Assembly (NCBI GenBank): GCA_963700145.1
Contig: OY969474.1
Span: 1,472,001 to 1,536,000 of the forward strand
Origin: an uncultured Acidobacteriota bacterium
GTDB taxonomy: Bacteria > Acidobacteriota > Thermoanaerobaculia > Multivoradales > UBA5704
Length of the DNA: 64,000 nt
Direction: 5' to 3'
Within the stretch, counting starts at the first letter, position 1. Each line of letters opens with the position of its first letter. Below, piece by piece: positions 10,177-20,016 of the stretch. The position numbers were made by a program, and so were the translations under genes. The notes under the pieces were generated by a model. The model did not search any database, had not been told where the DNA came from, and saw only the letters and a program-made list of their open reading frames with translations.

Positions 10177-12371
10177 AGCCGGGCGGCGCCGCGGCCGTCG
10201 CCCTGGCCCTGGTCGTCCTCGCCGGCTGCGCCCGCGGCGGCGCGCCGGGGGTGGCGGCCGGGACGCCCGTCGTCCTCGTCTCGATCGACACCCTGCGCTC
10301 CGACCACCTGCCGGCCTACGGCTATCGGGGCGTCGAGACGCCGGCGATCGACGCGCTGCGTCGCGACGGCGTCCTCTTCGAGCGCGCCTACACGGTGACC
10401 CCGCTCACCTTCCCCGCCCACGCCTCGCTCCTGACCGGCCTCTGGCCGGAGGCGCACGGCGTGCGCGACAACGTCGGCTATCCGCTCGACGAGGCGAAGA
10501 TCGCCGCCGGCGACCTCCCCTATCTGCCGCACCTCCTGCGCACGGCCGGCTACGCCACCGGCGCCGCGGTGTCGGCCTACGTGCTCCAGGGGCGGGGCGG
10601 GCTGCGCGCCGGCTTCGACCTCTACGAGGACGACATCGAGTACCAGACCGGCCGCGGGCTGGGCGGGCTGCAGCGCGCCGGCGGCGAGACCCTGCGCCCG
10701 GCGCTCGCGTGGCTGCGCGGCGTCGCCGGGAAACCGTTCTTCCTCTTCCTCCACCTCTACGAGCCGCACACCCCGTACGACCCGCCGGCGCCGTTCGCCA
10801 AGCCCGGCCGGTCGCCCTACGACGGCGAGATCGCCGCCGCCGACGCCGTCGTCGGCGACCTCCTGGCGGAGCTGCGCCGGCTCGGGGTCTACGACCGGGC
10901 GATCGTCCTGCTGGTCTCCGACCACGGCGAGGGGCTGGGCGAGCACGGTGAGGCGGAGCACGGCGTCCTGCTCTACCGCGAGGCGATCCAGGTGCCGCTG
11001 CTGCTCAAGCTCCCGGACGGGCAGCGCGCCGGGACGAGCGTCGCGGCGCCGGTCTCGCTCGTCGACGTGGCGCCCACCCTGGCCGAGCTGCTCGACCTGC
11101 CGCGCTCGCCGGCCTGGCCCGGCCGGTCGCTCCTGGAAGACGCCGGCGGCGCCGCCGGCGAGCGGGCGATCTACGCCGAGACCTTCTACCCGCGGCTGCA
11201 CTTCGGCTGGAGCGAGCTCGCCGCGGTCGTGCAGGGCGACCGGCATCTCATCGAGGGCCCGGACCCGGAGCTCTACGACCTGCGGCGCGACCCGGCGGAG
11301 CGCCGGAACCTGCGCGCCAGCGAGCGGCGGGCCTTCGCGGCGCTGCGGCGGGCCCTCGACGACCACGACCGCCGCCTGCGGCCGCCGGCGGCGGTGGACG
11401 AGGAGTCGCGCCGCGCCATGATCGCCCTGGGCTACGTCGGCAGCGGCGGCGGAGGCGAGACGTCCGGCGAGCCGCTCCCCGATCCCAAGACGCGAGTGGG
11501 ATCGCTCGGCGACCTCCAGACCGGCTTCCGCCACGCCGCCCGCCGCGAGCACGCGGCCGCCGCGGCCGCCTTCCGGCGGGTCCTCGCCGAGAACCCGCGG
11601 ATGCCCGACGCCTGGGAGTTCCTGGGCCACAGCCTGGCCAAGCTCGAGCGGCCCGAGGAGGCGCTCGCCGCCTATCGCGAGGCGCTGCGCGCCAGCGAGG
11701 GCTCGCCGCACATCGCCATGTCGGCGGCCTCGCTCTACCTCGAGCTCGGACGGCTGGAAGACGCCGAGCAGCACGCCCGCCTGGCGCTCGTCGCCCACCC
11801 CTCGTTCGCGCACGGGCTCTTGGCGCAGATCGCCCTGGCGCGCGGCGACCTCGCCGCGGCCGAGAGCGCGGCGCAGGCCTCGGCCGAGAAGGGATCGGCG
11901 CGCGTCCGGCCGCTCCTCACCCTCGCCGCCGTGCGCCACGCCCAGGAGCGCTACGAGGAGGCGCTGCGGCTGATCGACCAGGCGGTGCTGGTCTACCGGG
12001 AGCGCAGGACGCCGGACCCGGAGCTGCTGCAGGGGCTCCACCTGCTGCGCGGCCGGGCCCTGGCCGATCTCGGCGACGTCGCCGCCGCCGAGGCCGCCTT
12101 CCAGCGCGAGATCGAGCTCTTCCCCGCCGACCCGCGCGCCTACTCCAACCTGGCGCTGCTCTACGCCCTCGCCGGCCGCCCGCGCGCCGTCGGCCCCACC
12201 CTGCGACGGATGGTCGAGGACCACCCCTCGGCCGCCGCCTACGCCGAGGCAGTCAAGACCCTGCGCGTCCTCGAGCTGCGCGCCGAGGCCGAGCAGGTCT
12301 TGCGCAAGGGGCGCCGCCTCTATCCCGGGAACCCGCTGCTCACAACACTGGCGACGAAGGCGACCGGGTGA
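10173..12371 (+). CDS. Sulfatase-like hydrolase with TPRs, lipoprotein
   Basis: IDTLRSDH, TFPAHASLLTG, HLYEPH and SDHGE motifs; lipobox LAGC; TTG start overlaps the previous stop. Confidence 0.9.
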   Translation: MKPGGAAAVALALVVLAGCARGGAPGVAAGTPVVLVSIDTLRSDHLPAYGYRGVETPAIDALRRDGVLFERAYTVTPLTFPAHASLLTGLWPEAHGVRDNVGYPLDEAKIAAGDLPYLPHLLRTAGYATGAAVSAYVLQGRGGLRAGFDLYEDDIEYQTGRGLGGLQRAGGETLRPALAWLRGVAGKPFFLFLHLYEPHTPYDPPAPFAKPGRSPYDGEIAAADAVVGDLLAELRRLGVYDRAIVLLVSDHGEGLGEHGEAEHGVLLYREAIQVPLLLKLPDGQRAGTSVAAPVSLVDVAPTLAELLDLPRSPAWPGRSLLEDAGGAAGERAIYAETFYPRLHFGWSELAAVVQGDRHLIEGPDPELYDLRRDPAERRNLRASERRAFAALRRALDDHDRRLRPPAAVDEESRRAMIALGYVGSGGGGETSGEPLPDPKTRVGSLGDLQTGFRHAARREHAAAAAAFRRVLAENPRMPDAWEFLGHSLAKLERPEEALAAYREALRASEGSPHIAMSAASLYLELGRLEDAEQHARLALVAHPSFAHGLLAQIALARGDLAAAESAAQASAEKGSARVRPLLTLAAVRHAQERYEEALRLIDQAVLVYRERRTPDPELLQGLHLLRGRALADLGDVAAAEAAFQREIELFPADPRAYSNLALLYALAGRPRAVGPTLRRMVEDHPSAAAYAEAVKTLRVLELRAEAEQVLRKGRRLYPGNPLLTTLATKATG

Positions 12372-12463
12372 GCGCCGGCGCCGCCGGCAAGCCCGAAACC
12401 GCCGCATTCGCCGGCGCGTAGTCTGGAGGGCGCAGGCACTTCTCGAACCTCGGAGGTCGCGCC

Positions 12464-12853
12464 ATGTCCGAAGACGTCTCGACGCTCCGCCTGTATCTGA
12501 TGAGGTTCCTGTATCTGGGCAACTTCGTAGGGCTCGGGCTCTCGGTTTGGCCCGCGATCATCAACCACGAGGGAACCTGGGACCCGGTGCGCGGCGTGGC
12601 CTTCTGCTTCTGGGCGGCGCTGTCGGCGCTGTCGGGGTTGGGGATCCGCTACCCGCTCAAGATGTTGCCGGTGCTCCTCATGCAACTGCTCTACAAGGCG
12701 ATCTGGTTGACCGTGGTCTGGCTCCCGTTGAGGGCCGCCGGCCAAACGACGGGGCTCACCAAGGGCATGGTCATCGGGCTGGTCGCGGACCTGATCGTCA
12801 TTCCCTGGCCCTACGTGTGGTCGAATTACGTGACGAAGCGTGGAGATCGATAG
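12464..12853 (+). CDS. Small multi-pass membrane protein
   Basis: About four hydrophobic helices; GGAGG RBS; GIRYPLKMLP.LL..L.YK.IW pattern. Confidence 0.75.
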   Translation: MSEDVSTLRLYLMRFLYLGNFVGLGLSVWPAIINHEGTWDPVRGVAFCFWAALSALSGLGIRYPLKMLPVLLMQLLYKAIWLTVVWLPLRAAGQTTGLTKGMVIGLVADLIVIPWPYVWSNYVTKRGDR

Positions 12854-12855
12854 CG

Positions 12856-13425
12856 ATGATCCGGACCCTTCTGATCGCGGCGATCGGCCTCCTGGCCGGG
12901 TGCCTGGGGTCCGACCAGCCGACGCGCGATGCCGGGCTCGACTACCGGGGCGACGGCGAGTTCGTCGATCACGGGCCCGACGCGGCCATCCGGCGCTACG
13001 TGCTCGATCTCGGAAAGCTCGACCTCACCGCCGTGGGGAGCCGCGAGTTCTCGCTCGCCGGGCTGCCGGCCGAGGAGCTCACCGTCGGGCTGCAGGTCGT
13101 CGCCCGCGCCGAGCCGCGCGAGGCGCTGTACGACACCTCCCCGCTCGGCGCCACGCTCCGGCTGGAGCTGGTCGACGAGCGCGGGGATGCCCTCATCGCG
13201 GAGGAGGCGCCGCTGACGGCCTGGACCTGGTCCGGCACCGGCGGAGAGAAGTCCTGGTCCTTCGTCTACCTGCGCGGCGACACCGGCGGGGACTCCTCGT
13301 TCACCGCTCGCCCCGGCGGCAGGTACAAGGCGACCTTCACGGTCGTCCGACCCGATCCGGGCGCGGCGGCCTACGTGGTCACCGCCAGGGCCTCCGGCGG
13401 AGGCTGGAAGGTGCCGGGGGAGTGA
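12856..13425 (+). CDS. Hypothetical lipoprotein
   Basis: MIRTLLIAAIGLLAGC lipobox; starts 2 nt after the previous stop. Confidence 0.7.
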   Translation: MIRTLLIAAIGLLAGCLGSDQPTRDAGLDYRGDGEFVDHGPDAAIRRYVLDLGKLDLTAVGSREFSLAGLPAEELTVGLQVVARAEPREALYDTSPLGATLRLELVDERGDALIAEEAPLTAWTWSGTGGEKSWSFVYLRGDTGGDSSFTARPGGRYKATFTVVRPDPGAAAYVVTARASGGGWKVPGE

Positions 13426-13502
13426 TGAGACCCCTGCGCATCGCGCAGGCCAAGACGTCGAGCGCGACCGATGACCGACACCCGCCGCCAGGAGGCCTGC
13501 GC

Positions 13503-13796
13503 ATGACGATCTCCGCAATGCTGAAGCGCCCTAGCGCGTTCCTGCCGCTGGTCCTCGCGTCCGGCGCAGTTCTCACCATCCTCGTCCACCTTGCCCGTTT
13601 TGGCCCCGCGCCGCAAGCCGACGAGGGCACGGCCGCCCACGTCTGGCAGCTGCTCATGCTCCTGCAGCTGCCTGCCATGGGGTTCTTCGCGATCAAGTGG
13701 CTGCCGGAGGCCCCGAGGCAGGCGCTGATCGTCCTGGCGCTGCAAGTCGCCGCCATCGGCGCGGCCTTGGCGCCCGTGGCTTTGCTTCACTGGTGA
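13503..13796 (+). CDS. Small membrane protein (DEGTAAHVWQLLM-type)
   Basis: GGAGG RBS at 13491; three hydrophobic segments. Confidence 0.7.
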   Translation: MTISAMLKRPSAFLPLVLASGAVLTILVHLARFGPAPQADEGTAAHVWQLLMLLQLPAMGFFAIKWLPEAPRQALIVLALQVAAIGAALAPVALLHW

Positions 13797-13805
13797 CCGA
13801 TCGGC

Positions 13806-14081
13806 ATGGCCAAGCGCATCGTGACGGCGATCGTCGGCAGCATCCTCGCGATGTTGTTTACGGCCGTTGGAGTGCTGGGGTCGTGGATGTACTTCGCGAG
13901 CCGAAGCGTAGGACTGTACATGGACATCCAGCTCGGAGCGGTGAGGCTGACGGGCGAGCCCTTACTGGCCGTGTTCGGCATCCTGTTGACCCTGGCCGCC
14001 GTCTTCGGCGTGCTCGGAGTCCGTGTTCTTTCGTCCCGCAAGGACGGCTCGATCAGCTGGGTGCGCATGTCCGCGGTATGA
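13806..14081 (+). CDS. Small 2-TM hypothetical protein
   Basis: Two hydrophobic helices; operon-like spacing. Confidence 0.55.
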   Translation: MAKRIVTAIVGSILAMLFTAVGVLGSWMYFASRSVGLYMDIQLGAVRLTGEPLLAVFGILLTLAAVFGVLGVRVLSSRKDGSISWVRMSAV

Positions 14082-14147
14082 GTCGCTGTGTTGGCCGGCA
14101 GCGCCGCCTGTTTCATCGTGCTCGGAGGTATCTTTCTCAGCGATTAG

Positions 14148-15485
14148 ATGAGCGACGCCCTGCCGCCGCCCCTCGCCGGCCCCCTCTTCCGCCGCCGCCT
14201 CGACGGCTCGCTGCCGCTCGCCGTGCGCGGTGCGGGATGCTGGATCGAGGACGCCGCCGGCCGGCGCTACCTCGACGCGGTGGGCGGCGCCTACACCGTC
14301 AACCTCGGCCACGGCGTCGAGGAGATCGCGCGGGCGATCGGCGAGCAGGCGCGCACGCTCGCCTACGTCAACGGCATGCAGTTCACCAACGCGGCGGCCG
14401 AGGAGCTGGCGGCCGAGCTCGCCGAGGTGCTGCCGCCGCCGCTCCGCCATAGCTACTTCCTGACCAGCGGCTCGGACGCGATCGAGGCCGCGGTCAAGCT
14501 GGCCCGCCAAGTCTGGGTGGAGCGCGGGCGGCCGGGAAAGTGGAAGGTGATCAGCCGCCGCCCCTCGTACCACGGCAACACCCTGGCAGCGTTGGCTCTC
14601 TCGGGGCGCGAGTCCTACCGGCGGCCGTACTTGCCGCTCCTCCTCGACCTGCCGTCCGTCCCGGCCCCCGACCCCTACCGCAATCCCGCTTCTCCGGCCT
14701 GCACCGGGGAGGCACTGGTCGAGGAGCTCGAGCGGCAGGGCCCGGAGACCGTCGCCGCCTTCCTCTTCGAGCCGGTCCTCGGCAGCGCCGGCGGCGCGGT
14801 CGTGCCCGGCCCGGCGCACTACGAGCGGATCGCGGCGCTCTGCCGCGAGCACGACGTCCTGCTCATCGCCGACGAGGTGCTGACCGGGATGGGGCGCACC
14901 GGCCGCTGGCTGGCGATCGACCACTACGATCTCGCGCCCGACGTCCTGGTCCTCGGCAAGGGCCTCTCCGGCGGGTACGCTCCGCTCTCGGCGATGGTCG
15001 CGACCGACGAGATCCTCGACACCCTGCGGCAAGGCAGCGGGAACTTCGTGCACGCCCAGACCTTCTCGCACACCCCGGTCGTCTGCGCCGCCGGGCTGGC
15101 GGCGCTGCGAGTCTTGAAGCGCGACCGGCTGGTCGAGCGCTGCGCGGCGCTCGCGCCCCGGCTGCGCGCCGCGCTCCAGCCGCTCGCCGCGCTGCCGCTG
15201 GTCGGGGACGTGCGGTCGATCGGCCTCTTCGCCGCGGTCGAGCTGGTCGCCGACCGGGAGAGCCGGGAGCCGCTGCCGCGCGCGCGGCGGCTGGCCGAGC
15301 GCGTCGCGGCGCGGGCCCGCGACCACGGGTTGCTAGTGTGGTCGAACGGCGGCCACATCGACGGCGAGCGCGGCGACCTCGTGCTCGTGGCGCCGCCGTT
15401 CACGATCGCCGAGGACGAGCTAGACGAGATCGGCGCGCGTCTCGGGCGGGCGCTCGCCGAGGTGGCGCAGGAGGAGGCGCGATGA
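14148..15485 (+). CDS. Class III PLP-dependent aminotransferase
   Basis: SGSDAIEAAVK, SYHGNT, IADEVLTGMGRTG and LGKGLSGG (PLP Lys) motifs. Confidence 0.95.
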   Translation: MSDALPPPLAGPLFRRRLDGSLPLAVRGAGCWIEDAAGRRYLDAVGGAYTVNLGHGVEEIARAIGEQARTLAYVNGMQFTNAAAEELAAELAEVLPPPLRHSYFLTSGSDAIEAAVKLARQVWVERGRPGKWKVISRRPSYHGNTLAALALSGRESYRRPYLPLLLDLPSVPAPDPYRNPASPACTGEALVEELERQGPETVAAFLFEPVLGSAGGAVVPGPAHYERIAALCREHDVLLIADEVLTGMGRTGRWLAIDHYDLAPDVLVLGKGLSGGYAPLSAMVATDEILDTLRQGSGNFVHAQTFSHTPVVCAAGLAALRVLKRDRLVERCAALAPRLRAALQPLAALPLVGDVRSIGLFAAVELVADRESREPLPRARRLAERVAARARDHGLLVWSNGGHIDGERGDLVLVAPPFTIAEDELDEIGARLGRALAEVAQEEAR

Positions 15486-17050
15486 GCGAGCCGGGGAAGG
15501 TCACCTACACCACGATCAGCGGCTCCGAAGAGACCCACGCGGCCTTCGACGCCGCGGCGGCCGCGGTCGAGGGCCGCTTCGGCGAGCTCTGCGCCAACGC
15601 GATCGGCGGCGGGCCGTCGCCGGAGGGCCGGGAGCGCGAGCTGCGCTCGCCGGTGGACACCCGGGTGGTGGTCGGCCGGGCGCAGCGCGCCACCGCCGCC
15701 GAGGCGGCGCGCGCCGTCGAGCTCGCCGACGCCGCCTTCCCGGCCTGGCGCGGGCTCGGCTGGCCGCGGCGCGTGGCGATCCTGCGCGCGGCCGCCGAGC
15801 GCATCGGCGAGCGCACCCACGAGCTGGCGGCGCTCATGGCCTGGGAGGTGGGCAAGAACCGCCTCGAGGCCTTGGGCGAGGTCGCGGAGACCGCCGACCT
15901 GCTGCGCTACTACGCCGGCCTCCTCGAGGAGAACGCCGGCTACGCCCGCCCGCTGGCGCGCCTCCAGCCCCACGAGTCGACCGAGAGCGTGCTGCTGCCC
16001 TACGGCGTCTTCGGCGTCGTCTCCCCCTTCAACTTCCCGCTGGCACTCGCCGGCGGCATGGTCGGCGCGGCACTGGTCGCCGGCAACACCGTCGTCTTCA
16101 AGCCGTCGAGCCAGGCGCCGTTCTCGGGCGCGGCGCTCTGTCGGGCGCTGTGGGAGGCCGGGGTGCCCGCCGACGTCCTTCACCTCGTCGCCGGCGACGG
16201 CGAGGAGGTCGGGCGCGTGCTGCGCGAGCATCCGCGGGTCGGCGGCCTCGCCTTCACCGGCTCCTCCGACGTCGGGCTGGCGCTCCACCGCGAGGGATCG
16301 CGGCCCTGGCCGCGGCCGGTGGTCGTCGAGATGGGCGGCAAGAACCCGGCGATCGTCACTTCGCATGCCGACCTCGACGCGGCGGCCGAGGGCATCGCGC
16401 GCTCGGCCTTCGGCTACGGCGGCCAGAAGTGCAGCGCCTGCTCGCGCGTCTACGTCGAGCGGGAGGTCGAGGAGCCGTTCCTCGCGCGCCTGCTCGAGCG
16501 CACGGCGGCGCTCGTCGTCGGCAACCCGCTGCGGCGCGAGACCTTCCTGGGGCCGCTCATCGACGCCCCGGCGGTCGGCAAGCTCGAGCGCGCGGTCGAG
16601 CGCGTTCGCGAAGCGGGCGGCGAGGTGCTGGCGGGAGGCCAGGCCCGGCGCGACGGCGACCTCGCCCACGGCCACTACGTCGAGCCGACCGTGGCGCGGC
16701 TCGCCGATCCGGCGCACGCGCTCTACGCCGAGGAGCTGTTCGTCCCCCTCCTTCTTGTCTGCCCGGTGGCCGACCTGGGCGAGGCGTTGCGGCGCGCCAA
16801 CGACGTTCCCTACGGCCTGACCGCCGGGATCTTCAGCGCCGACCCCGCGGAGGTGCGGACCTTCCTCGACGGCATCGAGGCGGGCGTCCTCTACGTCAAC
16901 CGCCGCGCCGGCGCCACCACCGGCGCCTGGCCGGGGGTCAACCCGTTCGGCGGCTGGAAGGCCTCGGGCTCGACCGGCCCGGCGGCGCTCGGGCCCTACT
17001 ACCTGCTCAAGTTCCTGCGCGAGCAGAGCCGGACGGTGAGCGGCGTATGA
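15482..17050 (+). CDS. Aldehyde dehydrogenase (P5C dehydrogenase-like)
   Basis: SPFNFP, FTGS, EMGGKN, GQKCSA, EELFVP and PFGGWK.SG motifs; ATG overlaps the previous stop. Confidence 0.93.
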   Translation: MSEPGKVTYTTISGSEETHAAFDAAAAAVEGRFGELCANAIGGGPSPEGRERELRSPVDTRVVVGRAQRATAAEAARAVELADAAFPAWRGLGWPRRVAILRAAAERIGERTHELAALMAWEVGKNRLEALGEVAETADLLRYYAGLLEENAGYARPLARLQPHESTESVLLPYGVFGVVSPFNFPLALAGGMVGAALVAGNTVVFKPSSQAPFSGAALCRALWEAGVPADVLHLVAGDGEEVGRVLREHPRVGGLAFTGSSDVGLALHREGSRPWPRPVVVEMGGKNPAIVTSHADLDAAAEGIARSAFGYGGQKCSACSRVYVEREVEEPFLARLLERTAALVVGNPLRRETFLGPLIDAPAVGKLERAVERVREAGGEVLAGGQARRDGDLAHGHYVEPTVARLADPAHALYAEELFVPLLLVCPVADLGEALRRANDVPYGLTAGIFSADPAEVRTFLDGIEAGVLYVNRRAGATTGAWPGVNPFGGWKASGSTGPAALGPYYLLKFLREQSRTVSGV

Positions 17051-17958
17051 GCAGCGACAAGCTCACTTCGATGCGCGAGGCGGTCGCGCGGCTGGTGCGC
17101 GACGGCGACACCGTGGTCATCGAGGGCTTCACCCACTTGATCTGCTTCGCCGCCGGCCACGAGATCATCCGCCAGGGGCGGCGCGACCTCACCCTCTGTC
17201 GCCTCACGCCGGACCTGATCTACGACCAGATGATCGCCGCCGGCTGTGCCCGTAGGCTGGTCTTCTCCTGGGCCGGCAACCCCGGCGCCGGGCCCCTCTA
17301 CGGCCTGCGCCGCGCCGTCGAGCAGCAGGTGCCGCGGCCGCTCAAGCTCGACGAGTATTCGCACTTCGGCATGGTGGCGCGCTTCGCCGCCGGCGCCGCC
17401 GGGCTCCCCTTCTGGCCGCTGCGCAGCTTCACCGGCAGCGACCTGCCGCGGGTCAACGCCGACATCCGTACCGTCCGGTGCCCCTTCACCGGCGAGGAGC
17501 TGGCGGCGGTGCCGCCGCTGCGCCCCGACGTCGCGATCGTCCACGTGCAGCGCGCCGACCGCCGCGGCGACGCCCAGGTCTGGGGCCTCCTCGGGGTGCA
17601 GAAGGAGGCGGCCTTCGCCGCCGCCCGGGTCATCGTCGTGGCCGAGGAGATCGTCGAGGAGAGCGTGCTGCGCGCCGACCCCAACCGCACCCTAATCCCC
17701 GGCCTGGTGGTGGACGCCGTGGTCCACGAGCCCTTCGGCTGCCATCCGTCCTACGCCCAGGGCTACTACGACCGCGACAACGCCTTCTACGTCGGCTGGC
17801 GGGAGATCTCCGAGGACCGCGGGCGGCTTGAGGCGTACCTCGACGAGTGGGTGCACGGCGTCCCCGACCGGGCGGCCTACACCGCGAAGCTCGGGGAGCG
17901 GGTGGGAGAGCTGCGGGCGCGTCCGCGGGTAGCGGGGGCGGTCGATTATGGGTTCTAG
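17047..17958 (+). CDS. CoA-transferase subunit A (glutaconate/3-oxoadipate type)
   Basis: SMREAVARLVRDGD..EGFTHLI, PDVAIVHVQRAD and HPSYAQGYYDRD motifs. Confidence 0.92.
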   Translation: MSSDKLTSMREAVARLVRDGDTVVIEGFTHLICFAAGHEIIRQGRRDLTLCRLTPDLIYDQMIAAGCARRLVFSWAGNPGAGPLYGLRRAVEQQVPRPLKLDEYSHFGMVARFAAGAAGLPFWPLRSFTGSDLPRVNADIRTVRCPFTGEELAAVPPLRPDVAIVHVQRADRRGDAQVWGLLGVQKEAAFAAARVIVVAEEIVEESVLRADPNRTLIPGLVVDAVVHEPFGCHPSYAQGYYDRDNAFYVGWREISEDRGRLEAYLDEWVHGVPDRAAYTAKLGERVGELRARPRVAGAVDYGF

Positions 17959-17959
17959 C

Positions 17960-18069
17960 CAGGATGTCATCCTGAGCGTGAGCGAACCCGCGCTCCGATC
18001 AACGCCTGCTCCGGCAGGCGACCTCTCGGGTAGCGGCGCCCATCACAGGGCGCCGCAAGGATCTGGGGG
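17960..18069. repeat. REP-like intergenic element (TGTCATCCTGAG...AAGGATCT type) with an expanded centre
   Basis: TGTCATCCTGAGCGTGAGCGAA at 17965; GCAAGGATCTGGGGG at ~18055; CAGGATG/CATCCTG and GCGGCGCCC/GGGCGCCGC hairpins. Confidence 0.55.
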
Positions 18070-18081
18070 CCGGGCGGCGCG

Positions 18082-18840
18082 ATGACCGCCGCCTACACTC
18101 CGTCGGAGCTGATGGTCTGCCGCGCCGCCCGCGAGCTACGCGACGGCGAGGTCGTCTTCGTCGGCATCGGCCTGCCGAACTTGGCCTGCAACCTAGCGCT
18201 CCGCCGGCACGCCCCGGAGCTGGTTCTGATCTACGAGTCGGGCGCGGTCGGCGCGGTGCCGGAGCGGGTGCCGGTGTCGATCGGCGACCCAGCGCTGGTC
18301 ACCGGCGCGCTCGCCGTCTGCTCGATGCAGGAGGTCTTCACCAACTACCTCCAAGGCGGACGGATCGACGTCGGCTTCCTGCAGGGTGCGCAGATCGACC
18401 GCCACGGCAACCTCAACACGACGGTGATCGGACCGTACGAGCGCCCGGCGGTGCGCCTGCCCGGCAGCGGCGGCGCCTGCGAGATCGCGATCCTGGCCAA
18501 GCGGGTCGTGGTGGTCGCCCGCCAGACCCGGCGGAGCTTCCCCGAGCGCGTCGATTTCGTGACCTCCCCAGGCTTCCTCGACGGCGGCGACGCGCGCCAA
18601 CGTCTCGGCATGCCCGGCGGCGGTCCGTCGCTCGTCGTCACCGACCTCGGCTGCTACGACTTCGTGGACGGCGAGATGACGCTGGTCTCGCTCCATCCGG
18701 GAGTGACGCTCGAGCAGGTGCGGGCCGCGATCGGCTGGGAGCTGCAGGTCACGGACGACCTCGCGACCACCGAGCCGCCGGGCGAGGACGAGCTTCGCGT
18801 GCTGCGGGAGCTCGACCGCGACTGTCTCTATCTCGGCTGA
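18082..18840 (+). CDS. CoA-transferase subunit B
   Basis: VFVGIGLP, IYESG, GAQIDRHGNLNTT, RLPGSGG and VDFVTSPG motifs. Confidence 0.92.
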   Translation: MTAAYTPSELMVCRAARELRDGEVVFVGIGLPNLACNLALRRHAPELVLIYESGAVGAVPERVPVSIGDPALVTGALAVCSMQEVFTNYLQGGRIDVGFLQGAQIDRHGNLNTTVIGPYERPAVRLPGSGGACEIAILAKRVVVVARQTRRSFPERVDFVTSPGFLDGGDARQRLGMPGGGPSLVVTDLGCYDFVDGEMTLVSLHPGVTLEQVRAAIGWELQVTDDLATTEPPGEDELRVLRELDRDCLYLG

Positions 18841-18865
18841 CGCCACTTCGTCGCTGGTATCGTAA

Positions 18866-18927
18866 ACTCAAACCCGGGGCCTGCAGCTGATGCTTGGCGG
18901 CGCCGCTGAGTCCCGGCAGCGTTGGGC
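18866..18927 (+). mobile_element. Degenerate integron attC-like site
   Basis: ..AAAC-CCGGGGCCTGCAGC...GCTGAGTCCCGG-CAGC-GTTGGGC; perfect GTTRRRY; imperfect inverted arms with bulged bases. Confidence 0.55.
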
Positions 18928-19001
18928 GTCGGAAGAAGCGCCGCCTTACTGCGGCCGATCTTCCTAGATCTCCGTCCCCCCAATAGCGAGGAGCAGGGCA
19001 A

Positions 19002-19754
19002 ATGACTAATACGCATCTCGGAGCGAAGCTCCTGTCCACTCTCCTCTGGCGGGGGCTTGCCGTTCTCACTAGCCATCGAGACGACAAGCGCCGCCCGCAT
19101 GACGCGACGGCGTTGTCACATCCATCCGATGCCGAATCAGCCGCTCAGGCACAGTTTCACGCGGCTGAATATGCCTCCGAGAGAAACAGCGTGGACGTCT
19201 GGAAGACACTCCAATACGCACTTGTGCCGATCATGCTCAATGTGTGGTATCTCCTGATCCAGGTTTCTTCGATCATGCCGCTTGTCGTCTTCAGGTGGGC
19301 GTGTGCCGCGGTCCTTCCTCTGTGCTTGATTGCCTATCAGAAGGCCATGGTCGACGCATTGACAGGCGTACTGCTCATCGAGGAGCGCGTTCGGCCTCTG
19401 GCTATTCGACTGGCTGGCACAGACGAATTCTGGCTCCATGAACCGGTGTATCGGAAGCAGGTACCTCCGGATGCTGCATATGGGTGGTACACACCCCCCA
19501 TCCTCTCATTCTTGTCACCGCTGGCAATGTTAGCTTACCGCGTTACCGTAGATCCTTCTTTGCCGCGCGTCATTTCGTGGGCCGACATGGTTGGCTACAC
19601 GCTTTGCTGCTTAGCGGCACGGTTCGTCGGCGGTCTTAGCAAGAAGGGGCTCGCACTCAATCGGGACATTGACAAACATATTCGCAAGCGCGACTTCAGC
19701 TGGCTCAGAGCTGAAGCGCGCCTCTCTAGCCTGCCCTTTGGTAGGTCGAGTTAA
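19002..19754 (+). CDS. Hypothetical ~4-TM membrane protein (putative gene cassette)
   Basis: GAGGAG RBS; lower GC than the host; follows the attC-like site. Confidence 0.65.
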   Translation: MTNTHLGAKLLSTLLWRGLAVLTSHRDDKRRPHDATALSHPSDAESAAQAQFHAAEYASERNSVDVWKTLQYALVPIMLNVWYLLIQVSSIMPLVVFRWACAAVLPLCLIAYQKAMVDALTGVLLIEERVRPLAIRLAGTDEFWLHEPVYRKQVPPDAAYGWYTPPILSFLSPLAMLAYRVTVDPSLPRVISWADMVGYTLCCLAARFVGGLSKKGLALNRDIDKHIRKRDFSWLRAEARLSSLPFGRSS

Positions 19755-20016
19755 GTTTCTTAGCCATGGCGCTGAGCTGGTAGGCGAGGACGCTCGTCTG
19801 CCGGGTCACGCCAACCAAGTCGCCGAGCGGCACCGGATCGGCAGCGACAGCGCCGCCTGGCCGCTGGAGGCCCAACCAGTCGAACTGCGACGGCGAACAG
19901 CCGGCGGTTATCCCTTTCGTCGGTCGGTTGACGGAGCGAGGCTCGGGAGGGATCCCAGAGAGGCGGGAGCTACGGTAGGAACGGCTGAGGATAAGGGAGC
20001 AAGCGTTCCGGACATA

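Noticed and set aside
12464-14081. Four small membrane/lipoprotein genes as integron cassettes
   Set aside because: No attC-like inverted repeats between them; spacing is operon-like
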